A DNA stretch of 64,000 nt, from NCBI RefSeq assembly GCF_000150275.1, contig NW_002060954.1, positions 310,001 to 374,000 on the forward strand, given 5' to 3'. This document shows, in pieces, positions 41,839-54,035 of this stretch. The translations under genes and the position numbers were made by a program. The notes beneath the pieces were generated by a model that saw only the letters and a list, made by a program, of their open reading frames with translations, was not told where the DNA came from and searched no databases. The DNA comes from Trichoplax adhaerens (taxonomy: Eukaryota > Animalia > Placozoa). Position 1 is the stretch's first letter; each line of letters opens with the position of its first letter.

Positions 41839-44800
41839 TTATATATTTGCTATATCTGTATCTTTCCATTGTACAGTATTTGGCAGAGAGTCTATCTGAT
41901 CAGGACTAAGACGCCCAATAAGCCAATAAGTTTCCATGGTTCCCTTACCCTATTAAAGATAATTTAAATTTAGTAAGATACGTTACACTAGCTTCTTAGT
42001 TGCTGCCAGAAACTTATTGAAACTTATATGTTGGAATTAATATAATACGAAAATTTTAGTTCATGTTTAATATTAAATATATTTTGTCATATAATCAAAG
42101 AAATTAAGTAGTTACAGTAGGCAATATCTTAGCACTACAGTAGCATGTTAAAAAGCATACTATCAATTACAGTACACTATATCTTCGTTACACGGCACGC
42201 ATTGATGCAAGTTAAGTGTATGGATAAGTATAGCTTTATCATAAGTGTTGTAAATCGTTGATAATAATCAAAGTGAAAACAATTATTATTTTGGGCCATA
42301 ATAGACCAATTAAGAATAACATTATATTATATACCTTGAGTTCCACAGTTCCACGATACTCGACTTCAAAACCACCAAAGATCGTTAGTAATTCATACGA
42401 TTCCTTACTAATGTGAATTTGATTAGCTGCAGGAAGGATAAGTTTTAAATTTAATTAATACAATGCAACAATGGCAGATAATGCAACTGTGCTGAGTTAT
42501 CTCTAAAGTCGCATTGTTCTGGACCAATACATGGTACTCAAATTATGAGACTTATTATAATGCTTCTTATTTATTGAACTACAGTACTGCGTAATAAGCG
42601 AATAAATTTTTATAGTGACATCGGCACTAGTCTATTTGTCACTTACGAGCTCCAGTGGTTTCTAGTCTAGCTGCTGTATTAACTGCATCTCCAAAGAGAC
42701 AGTACCTTGGCATCTTTGTTCCTACTACACCGGCCATGCACGGTCCTAATTATTACCAATAGGTATTAGAGTTGAAATTATATTTTTAAGTCGATACTTC
42801 GAAGATTAAAAACATAAAGAGTGTCTTATCTATTAATTCAATAGGTGAAATTCTTTCTGAATACTAATTACAAGATATTGTACTATATAAATAGTTGATA
42901 CTGACCAACTTACGTTGGTGTCAAATAGATAATGCGAATAATATTTACATCATCCCGTATATCGTGTTGGAATGTAGACATAATCAAGATCTCCGTGTAT
43001 CATTTTTGCATTATCTGTCGTTGAATTACATTACTAGATTTACACTGAAGGCTTCTGAGTTTAGTGATTTAGATTTTTGAATGAATTTGCAAGTTACATA
43101 AGATTGATTGTAATTTGAACACTTTACTACTTATAATAAGAACAATCTAACACGTAGGAAATGCAAACCTTCACTATATTATTAATATACTTACTCGTAT
43201 AGATATCTAATAGCTAAATACATATTTTATTGACATGCCTGAATGAATACCAATCCTTAGTTGCAATCTGTAACTCGGCATATGAGGCACGCCGAACTGT
43301 TCGATGTCTTTCCTTAAATGAATTGCCATTTTGGCTATCTCGAACACGTGTTTCCGTCCATTTCGTAACGGCACACCTGATGCAACCATGTAAGCATCTC
43401 CAATAGTTTCAACTTTATAAACATTATAAAGCTCCGTAGTGTTATCAAAATTTAGATAGAGAGCGTTTAGTAATTCAATAACTTGTAAGGGTGTACTGCG
43501 CGAGGATAGTTGAGTAAAACCAACAATGTCACTAAAAAAAATGGTAACTTGATCAAAATACTCTGCAGTAGCAGAGTCAGTTTGCTTAAGTTCTTTTGCC
43601 ACTGTTCTCGGTAGCATCCTGTATAGAAGTGAGTTAGCTCGTTCACGTTCAAATTTCAGCAGATCAGTTTTCTGGACCACATCCTCGGCAAATCTTTCAA
43701 TTGATCGGACCAAATTTATCATAAGTTTAAATAACAGCGGACAAATACAAAAAATTAGAAAGAGGAGACAAATAGCGATAATAACATCAGTATTCTCCAG
43801 GCGAATGTCTTTTTCAAGATAGCCTTGTATTGATGTTGAGAGTCTTTTATGCACTGTATTTTCAATATTAATATAAGCAGTGTTCAATTGAAACCACCAC
43901 ATAAGCGGATTTCGATTATGGATTGTTTTGTTACTTACAATTTCTGCTTTCATCTTGTTCAGTGTTATTAATAAAGAGGGATAAGATTCTAACGCAGAAT
44001 TAAGATAATCATTAATTTGAGAAGCAAAAATCTTAGACGTTTTTAAGAAAGCCGAATTTAGTGAATCGGCTTTAATATATTGTTTCAAGTCCGTTTCCGT
44101 GAAATAACCTAAGTAATAATGTAGTACTCCTAATTCTCGAACTATTGATGCTTCTTCTTTACTTGAAGCTAACATTTTAAATCCAACATATAATTTCCAA
44201 ACATTAGAATTTCTCGATGCTGGAGCTAATTTTAATAGATACTCGATCAACGGTTTGATAATGCTTTCGTAAAAATAAATTTCGTCCAAAATGAATTTTC
44301 GTATAGCAGATGAAGTTGTGATTATTTTATTGCTGGTTTTTCGATGATTTTGTATGTGAGTGAGAAGTTGTGATCTAGTAAGTAAAAAATTTGGTACGAT
44401 AATTGTATTGGGCAGTGGCCATATCTGTAATTTATCTATCCAAGAATCTGTGCTATTGTAAGCTTTTAAAATACTTTCCAGAGTTGTAATATTTCCAATT
44501 CCTAATATTCTTTGTCCTCTTTCATTTTGCAGGCTATGAATGAGTTGAGCTACATTTAACAGATAATTTAATTGCAATTACGATTAACCTGTCTAAAAGG
44601 CGATACACATAAATCTTAGCTTATATGCATAGTATTGGGAACGATTTAAATTGGACGAAAGGTGTGTTTTCATATATGGAATATTAATTATATTCATTAA
44701 AAGAATAGATACAACCTTAAATCGGCTTTATGAAGCCTTCACTACTGTTTCTGCGTATTCATATAATCATTTAAAAATCTATCTTTTTTGAGTACCAATT

Positions 44801-47519
44801 ACGATCTATTAATTATAATTTATGCTTTTGCAATATTTGCTTAATACTATGAATTTGTGGTAAACTCAATTGGTAGCATTCTTTGATATAAATTGACAGC
44901 TAGATATATTTTTAAAATAAGTATTTGGGGGAATGTCAATTCTACTAGTTATTACCGTTGTAGTCAGAATATTTGAAAGTCAATGACGACATTTATAATA
45001 TGAAACTTTAGTTAAATGATAGATAACCATTCTTTAAATTTAATTACAATAGCAAGTTACTAGCCATTGCTGAAATGCAGCGGATTTTATGTTTTGAAAA
45101 ATAGGCGAATCATACAATTAGAATTATAGCGCTTTTAAATCAAATGTTGATTACTAAATGATGCTTATAGAATCCCCCAAAAATAAAAATTGTCGCTTAT
45201 AACTGTGACTAGTAAATGATGACCAATCTTTGATATCAACATTTAAACTAAATCTTTAAATCTCTTATTAAAGATATTTTTATCACGTAGAATTTTTTAT
45301 CTTATTGTTAAAATTACCATTAAACAATAATATAGGAACACAGACTATATTCTCTCATGAATTGCTACTTAAATATTAGTCTAGATGGAAAATAAAATTT
45401 GACATCTTAATATTTACTGCTTTATTTTTTTACTGGAATAGGTTTAATGCGGTTTGTAAGTGCTTATAACGTAATTATTACTATTCTGAATAGTCTAAGC
45501 ATCACATTTCGCTGTGTAAAGCGTTAATGTCCTGTATTATTAATATCGAAACATTATAAATCTATGGACATTTTGGTGTATCACTGAATACATTATTACT
45601 CTGATAAAAATTTAAACATCCTTAGTGATAATCCTGTCCGGTTAATTTTGATGGAATAAAATTTGAAAGTTTTTGATTCTAAAGTTTTACATTGTCAAGT
45701 AAATTTAAGAAATTGTAGTTATACTGTTTAAATTAATTGTATAATATCATAGCTACAGCAAGAATGAAATTAATGTTTTTTGTTCAGTTGATTTCTATAT
45801 AGAAAATTTTTACGGTACCGTACCTTTTGTATGGGTTTAGTTATTATGAGATCAGATATAAATTGGGAAGCTAAAACAAATTATCTGATACAACTATAAA
45901 TGTACTGTATATAATTGATTGTAAATACAAATGAAATTTTGGGATGGCTCTTTTCACTAGACTTTTGTTTTAAATTTGTTTGATATTGATTTGCGAATTA
46001 TCGTGGATTTCTAAATTTTAAAAGTTTCAACCTGGATACGAATAACTATTATTTATTGAACAAATTTGAATGCATTGTAAGTAATTCTGTGTTGGTCGAT
46101 AATTATTCACTGAATATATTTACGCACATGATACTACGAAGTCTTATTGCTGTGTGTGTTAACTAAGTATTTTTTTGTATAAAATATAATTAAAAAGGAA
46201 TTATTGCAGATAGTTTAGAATCTATGAATTTAACTTTAAAGGAGAAACAACTGAAGTTTATTACACTAAAATTTGTAAAATTGTAGTGTTACTAGAAGTA
46301 ATTATCGGTTAATCCAAGTTAGCTCAATTTAGGCATGAAAAATATGAGAAATTAAGGGTTCAACCAGCAACGTAAGTTTTAGTGCGTAGATTTTAGTCAA
46401 ATTAGTACCTTTTTGAGAATATTATGCCCGTAAGGGGAATATACTTTATACTATATATGGCTACATTGAAAATTACGATACTCTAACAATTAATAGTTAA
46501 CGAAAGAGATATGCACATCCAGTTAATTTTAAGTCAACAAAATCTGCCTTCACAATAATTGCCTACAGGTTTGCATTTAAGTCACTTTTACTTAGTTCAA
46601 TTTCTCTATGATTTTATAAAACAGATTTTAGGAACTATATTAATAATAAAGGTACTATAGTATACATTATTACTATACATCCAGGATAGAATATAATAAA
46701 CTTTTCAAAGATTTATGATAGTGGAAATTCCGCGATGAACAATTTAGGTAGGTATTCGTACAGTGAATGAAGACTAAAATTTTGTCTGTTTCGGAGTTAG
46801 ATTTATGCTGGCGGAACAGAAAACGTTTGTATTTTAGAAATGCTTTTCCATCAAGGAGTTAAAAGTGCAATCAGTTATTTATAAGATATTTTAAGTAATT
46901 TGTCAAACGAGAAACAAAATCCTTTGAAATCATTATATCAGTTGTTATTAGATATTAAGGTAACGTTAAGATCATTTTTAAACTATTAATATTTTTATTA
47001 GTCATTCTAATACACTTAACTCCTATTAGTTCGAAATGACTGACTTGTTATAGATATAATCAACTAGATACCAATTATCTTAATAAACTAAATAATAATT
47101 TCAGGTAGCGTTAGTAACAAAACTAAACAGTTACACCTATATAGAATAAATGGTATTAAACTTATAGGCATGCATCGATGCGACTGTGATGGATCAAATA
47201 ATCCATTATCAATTATTATTGAGATTTTCAGTTTCAGTGCTTTCCAATTAAAGCTTCAAAACTTACCTGAACTCTCAGTTAAATTCATTTGCTCCTTTGT
47301 TTTATAACTTGCTGTTTCCTCACTTATGGAATTAACTAAGCGGATCATCGATTCAGCAATAACTCCCATAATTGGAACAGTTACTAGAAGTAACATTTTC
47401 ATTAAATATTCACGTCTTCCACGTCGTGTTAAGAAGTCATCCCGAAAAAACTTTTTACTGCTTCTGGTAATTTCCTGTGAAATAGCGGATCGACTATCCT
47501 CTTCTATTTCGTAAACCAT
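41839..47519 (-). CDS. Membrane guanylyl cyclase with an extracellular NIT (nitrate/nitrite-sensing) domain between two TM helices (NIT-GC)
   Basis: Exons 47519-47267, 44549-43239, 42745-42647, 42426-42335, 41949-41839. Order: TM1 ([14 protein letters not shown]), NIT motifs [11 protein letters not shown] and [13 protein letters not shown]2 ([19 protein letters not shown]), signalling helix ([21 protein letters not shown]), cyclase ([48 protein letters not shown]). E and C at the specificity positions indicate GTP. No kinase-homology domain. An additional upstream exon is possible. Confidence 0.88.
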
Positions 47520-50500
47520 ATCTAATTGCTAGATATGGTTATCTTCAGTGATAAGTTTTGAGGAATATAACTAACACCGCTGACTTAACTGAGGTATTTT
47601 TTGACTTTTCTTTATGTTGTCCTCTGCCTATATATACGTATAGTACAATATATCAGTTAATTTAAGCGAAATAACTTCGTTAAAAAGTAGATGCATGTCT
47701 GATTATACAAGAAAATCTATACGTTTATTTTACTTCTATTCTAAAATATCTATATAAGGAAAAGACTCTACGATATTATTTGTAGATATAAAGACAATTA
47801 GGCAATACGTATAAGCACACCTGCATCCATGAAAACAGGGACAAGAATAAATTATTGCAGATTGTTTCGATACCTATTATAGTGAGTATTTTATGTTATC
47901 AGGCTTTTATTAGCATTTTCTTTACTTTGACAAGGAATATTAAGTTGAAAAGAGTAGTCGTTACGGTCTAATGAGCTATTATAATTAGGCAACTGATATT
48001 AAAATAATTTAATTTATGTATTGACGAAGACATAGATAATAATGAGAATGGCCACTAATTTCAGATTAAAAGAAAATTCTTTAGGCATTTGTGACAGTGT
48101 TATATACTGTATTAGATTAGAAATATCTATGTTAGGATAATTCTGTTAGCCTATCCTTATTTAGTTAACTTCTAATTTGGATATACTGTGTTTTAATATA
48201 TCACTGACTTTTTATGACAGTGACACATATACACATACTGAAATTAATAGTTATAATAGGGAATGCAAATCATCTACTTACAGTTCGAATCATTGTGATT
48301 ATAACTTACTTATGGTAGATTGTAAATTATCATGGAAATGTTCTATGATAGGACATGTCGTAATCTGACTATTCTGTATTAGTAATCAGATGTCTATGTT
48401 CATAAATACTGTTGTCTGCATTAAGGGAGCAGTAGCTAAAATTAATATCTAATTCAGTAAATGATTCCAAAGTTAATCGTACTAACTATGACTCATGAAC
48501 TATTGAGGAAGAGTATATAAATGCAGTATATCGCGTAATAAAGTCGATTCTCAGACTTAGTGTTTAACGTAAAATACGAGACGTCCAAGTCTTTGTGTAG
48601 TCTGCTAGTAGAGCAAAAGTGTTTCTGATAGTGCAGATATCGTTCCTTGATACGTGGTTCAATGAATTGACTTATTGATCGTACATTACGTTATCTTGTT
48701 GCAAAGCTGTTTTGTGATAGCATTGTTCACGTGACATATTTTAAAATATAGCTGTCATTCGGCTTCTTTCAATAAAATTTTAAAATAAAGTTGGAAAGAA
48801 GTGGGATAATATCGTTATAAGAATCTAGAGATACAGGATACCGCGAATGATCTCGTGCTGCAGCAGATATATGCTATTCATAAATGGTTATATCGTGTAT
48901 ATAGTGTATGCAAATATCATTGCAGGCGATTGATGAAGTGCATAATCAGTGTATAACGTGATTTATTTGTACCTTTTGAAACTTCTTATTTATATGTAAT
49001 TTTAATACCATGTTATAGTCGTCTTCAATAAAATCGATAACGGTCTTAAATTTAACACTTCAGTAGTCATCATATAATATTAGATATCTTGATATAGTGA
49101 CTGTACTATAATATGTAGTCTCATCAGTATTTAAATTGAGATGCTATTATTGATACGTGAATGAGTGTAGAAATAGTTTCACATTACTTCTATACCACAA
49201 CCGTATATTTCATATTGAATGTCAATCTATTGCATTTTTTTATTATCCACAAATACAGTATATATCTTTTTCCATCTATGACTCTTGCTACAATTAAGAA
49301 AACGTATTCAAAGTCCAAATAAATTTAAAAGACTTCAAAGAATGCCATAACAAAAAATCTAAGAAATTTATTTTTCTGTGATTTCCAGTTGATTATATTA
49401 TAGTCGCAGAGTTTGTAGTGTATATTTACACGGTACTATAATGAATCACCCCATGGTTCCTAATCAATAGAAATTTAAAATAGTGAATGTAATAAAATAT
49501 CTATGCTATCATCTAAAAATCTAAAACAAAGGGTTCTCTAATATTAAATTAAACTAAGAACAAAAGAAATGTCACCAGCGGGTAATGAGATCAATCTTAT
49601 TTTAATGACAATTTCTAAATTAACGTCCTGCTATTATTTTTATCGCTGTTCTTTTCTGAATAACATGATGAGAAATCATTAGATACATAAATCTAATAAT
49701 AGCTACAGGATGTTAATTTATTGGTTTCATTTACGATTATCATAATTATAATAAATCTAAATAAATGTTTGAGAAAAAGATCGAACCAGATACGCTACGA
49801 AGCATGTTTGACCGCATGTAAACAAGTTTATAAGATGTATAAATAGATTTTTAATAGCGTAATACTTCTTTTAATGATAGCCACCAGAAAAGCCTAAAAT
49901 AAATCTGAATCGGTTCACGAAAGAGTGATTTGTAAAATTAACACGGGATAAAGCTATATCAGTCCAATTGTAAAATGGGTGCTTGCTAAGAAATTCTTAA
50001 GCTAGCTAACATACTTAAATTCAGCCCCTTATAACAGTACGATAATTCAGATAGCTTGACAATTAATTTTATCAATTATATTCTATCTAAAAGATCTATT
50101 AATAAATGAAATTAAGTAGCACAATATCAGATAAGGATAGAACATCGCATTATCTTAAAATATAATAGCATTTCGTCTATTTCTTTATTTCTATCTCCCA
50201 TATTAGTGATTACCATTGGTAAAAGACTTCTTATCACTAGAAACATATAATAAGTAAATTCATAATTAATTAATAATACATACTATATATAAGCCCGTCT
50301 ATAGGATTTTGGTTAATTAAGTGATTACTACGAGCGTATTATGTAGCATTCAATTTTGCAAGAATTTTATTAAAAGCTTCTTTGATGTACTCGCATAGTA
50401 ACTGTTTTAATAGTAAGTACATTTAAATACCGTATATCTTCAAAACTAAGTATACTTATCGTACCTAGTTTCGATTAAAAAAATTATTACATTGCACTGT

Positions 50501-50999
50501 ATGAGACTTACTAGTTTGCTACAATCAATTACTATTTACAACATAGGCAACATCTTATCACTGTAATATCTCCCCCTTAAGAGGTACTAAAGTATGAGTT
50601 GTTTGAGTTATTCGTGCTCTCAAGGACAAAAAATAGATCATAGTTTGTGATATTCTCCGTATACAGTTATGTTAACATATCTTTAACTAAGAAAAACGTG
50701 TATGACCGAAATCAATCTAATGGTCACATCATATTACATGCAAAGGCACTTAAAACTTTGTTAGTAATGTCAGAAAAGTCCAAATCTGGACCAGGACGCA
50801 AAATGCTATCCGACCTAGACAATCAGCAGACATTACTTTGGACTCCTAGTTATATTAATCAATGTCCGAAACCAATTGGAATTTAATGATTGTTACTACT
50901 GCATAGCGTATGCAGTCATAGCGCAGGAATTGATTCTTAAAAGGAATCTTGCAACGTATAAGCTTACAGATGTATAGCATGTCTAAATGAGGTGTTAAA

Positions 51000-52142
51000 T
51001 TAACAAGATTTTAGATAGTGCCTTTTCGCATCCATCTGCCGAGAAGCTTCGAACAATATTATACTTGCTGCAGTAGCGACATTTAAGCTCTGAATCCGAT
51101 GACAGAGAGGAATTGTTATACGTTGTGTAATATCACAACATTCAGTCACAGATGCGGTAGTATTGAGTTTAAAGCCATGCGCTTCGTTTCCAATAGCCAA
51201 TAAAGCTCCTGACTTGTGTGTCCAATCAATGTCGTAATAAGGAACTAATTTTTTTTCATTTGAAATATGAGAAGTGGAACGAGTATTTTGTAAGTATTGG
51301 TATTGGTCTCGCATACATTCAGCTAGATAAAAGTTCATGGATTTTAATGCCTTAGAACAACTGATTTGACCCCAAGTGATGTCGTAATAGATAGGAAGCT
51401 GAAATTGACTGCCAGAGGCTGATCTCATAACTTTTGGCTGCCAAGGATCGGCACAGCCATGAGTTAAAATAACTGAACTGCAGTTAGCGGCGGCAGCACT
51501 TCGAATGATATTGCCAAGATTTCCAGGATCTCTAACGTTATCGCAGATTAGTGTTACCGGTAAGAGTTCTTTATCACTAGCCATTGATATTTCATCGAAA
51601 GAAGATGTTTTAGGCTTAAAAAATAAAGCAGCTACCCCACGATTCGTTTGCACGGAAGTCATGGAATTTAAATACCATTTAGGAATCTTGCAGAGACACT
51701 CATCAGATATGTCAAAGATATACTCAGAAAAGTGCTCATCGAATATGTTATCATTAGAATAAAAAAAGGTATGTAATTGCAAACCCGCGTTAAAAGCTTC
51801 CTTTATAACGTTAAGACCATCTATTAAAATTATAGAAGATTTCTTGTTATTTCTGTTTAGTACGCGTTTTGCCAATCTATTATTTTGCAAAGGAGGGTGT
51901 GTAAACAGTATGTATACGTTTACAAATATTAGTAACGACTACGAATTTAGCTAAATTAAGTATCTCAAAATTTGCATCAAATTTTAATGTATGTGGTAGC
52001 TGCTAGTTCAAGGGTAGAGTTGAAAGACTTACTTGACTTTTTCTAGAGCTTCGATACTCAGTAATCGTCTCGATTCCGGGCGAATAGTTATCCGACTAAA
52101 AGTACGAGTACCACTGCACAGTATCTTGATTCCTTGCTGCAT
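51000..52142 (-). CDS. MRM3: Mitochondrial rRNA 2'-O-methyltransferase, SpoU/TrmH family (MRM3/RNMTL1-like), 2 exons
   Basis: Exon 1 (52142-52033) MQQGIKILCSGTRTFSRITIRPESRRLLS is presequence-like. Exon 2 (51876-51000) has ILIDGLNVIKEA, LICDNVRDPGNLGNIIRSAAAA, DPWQPKVMRSASG, IGNEAHG and IQSLNVATAASIILFE. Confidence 0.85.
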
Positions 52143-52170
52143 AGTACAGCACTGTACTGTATAGTACCCG
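52143..52170. promoter_or_regulatory. Minimal TACAG/CTGTA cluster abutting the MRM3 start codon
   Basis: agtacagcactgtactgtatagtac lies immediately 5' of the ATG, with another gtactgtacactgtac near 52318. Confidence 0.4.
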
Positions 52171-54035
52171 GTTATGTCTTTCGATTAAAGATTGTTATAG
52201 ATCATTTCTGCAGTAAACTGTGAATTACTGTTTGCCGAATTTTCATTTAACCCTATCGAACTTATCTGAGCCTATCAATCAGAATTTAATGACCAGAAGT
52301 AGAATCCTGGTAGTGAGGTACTGTACACTGTACATCATTTGTAAAAATCGTTTAAGTTGTCCTTCTATCCGTATCGCCCACGATTTTGCTAGTTTTCTAT
52401 TAGAGATACAGTGAAAAGGATTTGCCAAAATTGACATTAAGTTCTGAGTATTACTGCTATAAAAGCACCCAAATTTCACAATCATATACTGCAGTAGATA
52501 TATATTCTTCACATTTCAATCAGCATTGCCTCGTTTTCAAAATGCTAAATCAAGCCACCATTCTGCTGTGGCCTTCGAAAATTGTATTTCCAAACCTTAT
52601 ATATTGGACTTAGGTATACCTTTTAGTATTACCGCGCTGCTTCGTAAAATGAAGACGGGAATAGTAATGCTCGTAAGCGAGACAGTCTCCTTTTATGTAG
52701 TGACTATGCCTGTACCTTTTCATGGACTACTAGAAGAAAAGTTAAAGGTCCATGATCTTACTTTGTACATTTACCTAGCTGGCACAACTTATTGAACTAG
52801 TATCACAGTACTTGACGGTTATGTATGCTATGTCAAGTCATAACAAAGTATGATTGTGCAAATACAAAAAAACGGACGAAGATACGTGCTGTGAAGGCAC
52901 TGAATAATAGTTGTATACCAATTGTACATAGTCAAGAAAAGCTTTTAAACGCGGATCCGGAGCTCCACTGCTGAATGGTCTGTGACTCTGTGTTATATCT
53001 TTATTCATAGTTAGTCAAGACTATCGTCATCGCAGACACATAGTCTCGTATGGACGTACGGTATGCGGTGTCTCATTGCATTTAATTAATATTATTATTG
53101 TTGCAGTCTGCAGTATAGTATTATTACAATTATCATTATTATTATTATTACACACAACAGTCTGCATCACTAGAATGGCGATGATTAGAATGAGTAGTGA
53201 TCACAAATCGATAATTTTGATTAAACAGTCTAGCCATTACTAAATGTAGCAGTCGTCAGCAAACCTCATTACTTTGTGTACTGTAACAGCAAGTGCCACG
53301 TTATTCATACGATACGGATACATTCATTGATGATCGTTACAAAAATTCAAATAACAGAATAACGCATACGTATGTTATTGACAGGAGTAAATATATACAT
53401 ATACGATTACGCTTGAACAATAAAAACGTTAGTAACGTTCCGTAACATACTCGTATACAAGGTAATTATAGAAAGCAAACGCTACAGGTCTTATTATTCG
53501 AAATAATAAGTTAAAATTATTATATATGTGCGCTACATATGTATCATGTATACTATATACGATAGTGCGGTCCCGTACTGTCTCATATCGGCAAACTTTT
53601 ATATATCGATTTTAGAAACAAAAATTTATAGAATACAAGTACTACTATAGATTATTACCCACTAATACCCAGTCGATTCACGCTAATAACTTTAGAAAAC
53701 TAAACGTTAAACCAATAGATATAGGTCTTACCGTGGGTACTGCATACAACAATAGAAAGAAGCGATATTTCATATAATTGTTATTAAAATTAACGATTAC
53801 TGTAAATTGATTTTGTAATTACGACTGACCGACACAACCGATATATTGGCCAGTTTTCAGCCTGCGGAGTAGCCACCGAACTTTAAATTAACTAAATACT
53901 CATATGTACTTATAAAAAATGATTCTGTACAAGATAACTTGTAACATAATATTTACTATTGATTCTACGTATCTTGAATACTGTACATTAACTGAAAATG
54001 TTATCCGGAGCGGCTTAGAATGAATTCCGTGATAA

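Noticed and set aside
52220-53270. Short ORFs between MRM3 and NUDT9, including a weak GPCR-TM7-like LANPF..SNRKL and a signal-peptide-like LLILIIAILV stretch on the minus strand
   Set aside because: No Met or splice structure joins them and the similarity is too weak; a tBLASTn search would be needed to support a pseudogene call.
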